A stretch of DNA of 20,000 bases, taken from NCBI GenBank assembly GCA_035389045.1, contig DAOORA010000015.1:57324-77323 (forward strand). The letters run 5' to 3'. Origin of the DNA: Bacteroidales bacterium. GTDB taxonomy: Bacteria > Bacteroidota > Bacteroidia > Bacteroidales > CAIWKO01. The notes under the pieces were generated by a model. It had not been told where the DNA came from. It was given only the letters and a program-made list of their open reading frames with translations, and ran no database searches. Positions within the stretch are counted from its first letter, which is position 1. Each line of letters begins with the position of its first letter. The translations under genes and the position numbers were made by a program. This document shows, piece by piece, positions 17,901 through 20,000 of the stretch.

Positions 17901-18946
17901 GCGTCAATGAAATATTCGAGTTTAATAATGTTGGGTATTTCTTGTAAATCAGCGGTTTCTGACATGGATAAAGAGTGCAAAGGCCCCCCATTGGCAAAAC
18001 AGGATTGAATTCTTTCTTTCTGATTAGGTGTGAAATTTGCCAAACATCCATCATCAGAATAATCCATGAAATTCATGTACATAATACCAGGACTTGTGGT
18101 GGTGCAACTATCTGTTAAGATTCCGGAATGTGTACCGTAAGTTTCTCGAGCTTGATTAGGAGTGTCTCCACAAAGATCACTACCATGAAAGATGTCATTT
18201 TCATTACAGGTAGTGTCATCACCCCATATATGGGCTAAATTAAAACAATGACCTATTTCATGTGAGGTTGTTCCTCCTTCATTATAAGGAGCTGTTGTTC
18301 CGGTAATTCCGAAATATTCATAATCTATAACCAATCCAAAAGTAGAATTGACACCTTGTCCAATAAAATGTTCGTAAGGTAATTGAGCATAGCCACATAA
18401 ATTACCCTTTAAATTACAAACCCAAATGTTTAAATACTTATTAACATCCCAGGCATCATCTCCGCTTGATGCAGCGTATTTCATATGATCCATTCTGGCA
18501 AAAGTGAGGCTATCTGTAAATGTTCTTATGATTCCATTAGTTGGCCTACCCATTTGATCAATTGTGGCCAGCCGGAACCGAATGCCTGTATTCACTTTTA
18601 ATACTGAACTATGTGCGCCCATACCATGTGGATTTTGACCTGAAAAATCCCTGTTTAAGACAGCCATCTGCTCATAAATCCTATGGTCGCTAATGTTTTC
18701 ATTCGCAGAGTGCCAGACAACATGCACAACAACCGGTATTGTTATAAATCCAGTGTCGGTTTTAACATTTAAATGATTTGCATTTATCCAGTTTGTTGTA
18801 TAATTCTGTAAGGCATTCATTGAAATTTCAATGTTTGGATTTTTGGCAACCTGATCTTTATAGTATTCCATTGTACCGCAAACCCTTTGTGCGCGGATTT
18901 CAAATATTATAATAAATAAAAACAACAACAAAATAATTTTTTTCAT
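14975..18946 (-). CDS. Multidomain M43 (pappalysin/ulilysin-like) zinc metalloprotease with a type-A T9SS CTD
   Basis: 1323 aa. Signal peptide, cysteine-switch-like RVCGT, IPVVVHVV, zinc motif HEIGHCFNLAH (18230-18262), Met-turn MNFMDYS, four EYFxDxDPGFGN repeats, Ig-like FCxGDSV domains, dockerin-like and cohesin-like region, CTD YPNPF...GLY...VVKLLK. Confidence 0.9.
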   Translation of the reverse strand: MKKIILLLFLFIIIFEIRAQRVCGTMEYYKDQVAKNPNIEISMNALQNYTTNWINANHLNVKTDTGFITIPVVVHVVWHSANENISDHRIYEQMAVLNRDFSGQNPHGMGAHSSVLKVNTGIRFRLATIDQMGRPTNGIIRTFTDSLTFARMDHMKYAASSGDDAWDVNKYLNIWVCNLKGNLCGYAQLPYEHFIGQGVNSTFGLVIDYEYFGITGTTAPYNEGGTTSHEIGHCFNLAHIWGDDTTCNENDIFHGSDLCGDTPNQARETYGTHSGILTDSCTTTSPGIMYMNFMDYSDDGCLANFTPNQKERIQSCFANGGPLHSLSMSETADLQEIPNIIKLEYFIDADPGFGNATPVTISAENDITSSFNIPLDSASTGFHILYVRAKDENLRWSLCHSLPFYNLTINSPSPNISELEYFLDNDPGFGNGTALSLVASANIIKNFTIDLNNFSTGFHILYIRAKDNYGNWSLIQTQAFYNTTITNTDITNIEYFIDTDPGFGNGTSVNIIPSANITKNLNIPLTGLSDGFHVLYIRAKDSHNKWSLTQTQSFYKITPANKEICGLEYYFDSDPGFGNGVPVSIIPNSANPTTLFDVDLACLSTGEHVIYLRAKDTYNKWSLINVKSITVSASSPMITYSGSTSFCQGDSVILTAPSHQGTSYQWKLNETEILGANDSIYIAKTNGTYKVIMSHSAYNTCIDSTISVDVTVHNLPPAHISAVGSTQFCEGDSVLLITEVGSDLAYTWKYYETPIINETLHTYTAKYPGIYKVIVVDTVTGCSDSSNLIVVNVKPAPTVEAGEKISFVCTPVQVGSAMNGPGTISWLPQDGMNNPSLAQPLVSPSSTTIYTITVDYDGCVNTDTVTVIFDGGHSISGKTRYTGKANAGNLPPYIPSYNAAIYNIDNVIVVLKEQMSGNEIARDTSDADANFHFNCIAKGNYILSYDKYSSDTMQSGNGIDAIDVTLLKYYIGIDTLVDPSRCFSAKYKKAANVDNNTAISAIDISRIKAKIGSPYIPNKNFPKGHWVQLDTIITITDNDLNITLKTICYGDYNASSYKYRDSVINWSLVKSYPNNIINVDEDYITTSDASYFEIPLRINTKIKDYSALGLELYYPNAEYNLVSACIPGHVTKGLVKINPSLEEILTTNNDLLVTDENGVIRIVYTTTNHYDVNINDSLIILGFSANKGVQSGMLDFSLTGSGIVGDQYGNEVPDAYFSIPKILVSNDFYSAATLEFSCYPNPFSDKVSVRYNLPENGNVIIKILNTHGNLLSIPIKKSQCKGFHTEDISGMNLPAGLYALILEFEGSEKSSFGVVKLLKPMPK
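17050..17940 (-). repeat. Four tandem ~74-76 aa beta-rich repeats (EYFxDxDPGFGN...GxHxxYxRAKDxxxxWS) inside the protease
   Basis: Motif cores at 17882-17917, 17654-17689, 17432-17467 and 17210-17245; spacing 228, 222, 222 nt. Confidence 0.9.
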
Positions 18947-18985
18947 ATAATATGCCTCTTATTTTGAGGTAAAAACTATAAATTA

Positions 18986-19978
18986 TTAATGTGCTTTTGC
19001 CTTAACCGTTACATTAATTCCATTTCCTGTGGTCCCGGTTGATGGCATGTTTATTTCATAAACTGCGGGTATTTCGGGCATACCTGATAACACATAGGGA
19101 GTGACTCCGCCAAATATCCCACAGTCTGTTCCTTCATTGCCTGCACCAATGGCTGGCGAACCATTTTTTAGTTGATATTGACCATCTGTGCTGTTGCCGC
19201 TTGCTCCAACAAAAACATCCGCCATATTTATGTTTTGTTGATTACCATTATTCGCAGGGATTTGAGAAGCATTGCATATATTATTAAAAAAAGTATTATT
19301 GCTTAAATTTATTGAACAGCATGTCATGATATTATTTGAAAAAATAAAATTAGACACATTATTGTCGCCTGAAATGAAGATATTATTTGATACAGCACCG
19401 GAGTAATTTGCACCTAAACCAATATTATCACAATACAAACCACATCCAATGATATTGTTGCTTATTATTAAATTAAATACTTGTGATGAGCCGCTCGAAT
19501 TTGTAATTGAACCATTTATATAGTTTTGAGAAATCAATATGTTTCCAATAGAACTTGAACTATTAATATTAATAGCTTTTGTACGATTTCTTATTATTTT
19601 AATGGTGCCAACATTAATCGTTATTGTCCCTGTTAATTCGAAACCAGTTAATAAGGTTTCTGAACTGCCGTTATTAAATGTCACCGTGCCTAATTTTGCA
19701 GAATTTAAATTTGCCTGAGTTTGTGGGTTTTCAGTTAAGAAATAACCAGTGCCAATAATTACTAATTGTTTTGAAATAGTAATATTTCCATAGGATGCAG
19801 GAGATCCTTCCACATAAATAGTATCGCCATTCGTAGCTGCTGTTTGGGCAGAGGTGAAGTTGACAAAGTCGGCATCTATACCGGCATTATTATTTAAACG
19901 CCACACCTTGGCGAAAGAAATATTGCTCAAGCAAACAAATGCGAGCATTATAGACACAGAGAATAATTTTGTTTTCAT
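18986..19978 (-). CDS. Secreted right-handed parallel beta-helix repeat protein of unknown function
   Basis: 330 aa. Signal peptide ending SFA-K; N-cap AQTAATNGDTIYVEGS; Asn/Ile-rich coils (ISQNYI, ISNNII, VSNNIF, FSNNIM); C-cap YQLKNGSPAIGAG...DCGIFGG. No YPNP-type CTD. Confidence 0.75.
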   Translation of the reverse strand: MKTKLFSVSIMLAFVCLSNISFAKVWRLNNNAGIDADFVNFTSAQTAATNGDTIYVEGSPASYGNITISKQLVIIGTGYFLTENPQTQANLNSAKLGTVTFNNGSSETLLTGFELTGTITINVGTIKIIRNRTKAININSSSSIGNILISQNYINGSITNSSGSSQVFNLIISNNIIGCGLYCDNIGLGANYSGAVSNNIFISGDNNVSNFIFSNNIMTCCSINLSNNTFFNNICNASQIPANNGNQQNINMADVFVGASGNSTDGQYQLKNGSPAIGAGNEGTDCGIFGGVTPYVLSGMPEIPAVYEINMPSTGTTGNGINVTVKAKAH

Positions 19979-20000
19979 GTAATTTGATTTTGTATATTTA

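Noticed and set aside
17050..17940. CRISPR-like or DNA-level repeat array
   Set aside because: The 222-228 nt period is a multiple of 3 and conservation is at the protein level with synonymous variation, so it is a domain repeat.
18230..18262. Asn in place of Gly in the HEXXHXXGXXH zinc motif as a sign of inactivity
   Set aside because: All three His ligands, the catalytic Glu and the Met-turn are intact, and G/N variation at this position is accepted in the metzincin consensus.

Overview
Bacteroidota (probably Bacteroidales-like) chromosomal window, judged from TAnnTTTG promoters, T9SS C-terminal domains and gene content. Left: two tandem, closely related minus-strand genes for large T9SS-type surface proteins (N-terminal domain plus beta-propeller; the complete one also has SprB-like/PKD domains and a type-B gliding-motility CTD). 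The second paralog is missing from the ORF track because it runs off the left edge. They lie downstream of a tRNA-Glu(CTC). Middle: housekeeping block (PorT-like outer-membrane beta-barrel, PAP2-like membrane protein, rpoN, asnS, dxs, APC amino-acid permease, NlpC/P60 peptidase). Right: a lower-GC minus-strand gene pair, a secreted right-handed beta-helix protein and a 1323-aa M43 metalloprotease with four EYFxDxDPGFGN repeats, a dockerin-like and a cohesin-like module, and a type-A T9SS CTD. No mobile-element enzyme, CRISPR array or rRNA was seen. The best leads are the protease/beta-helix module, the loop-diversified tandem paralogs and a structured leader before the NlpC/P60 gene. All domain calls are by eye, without database searches.
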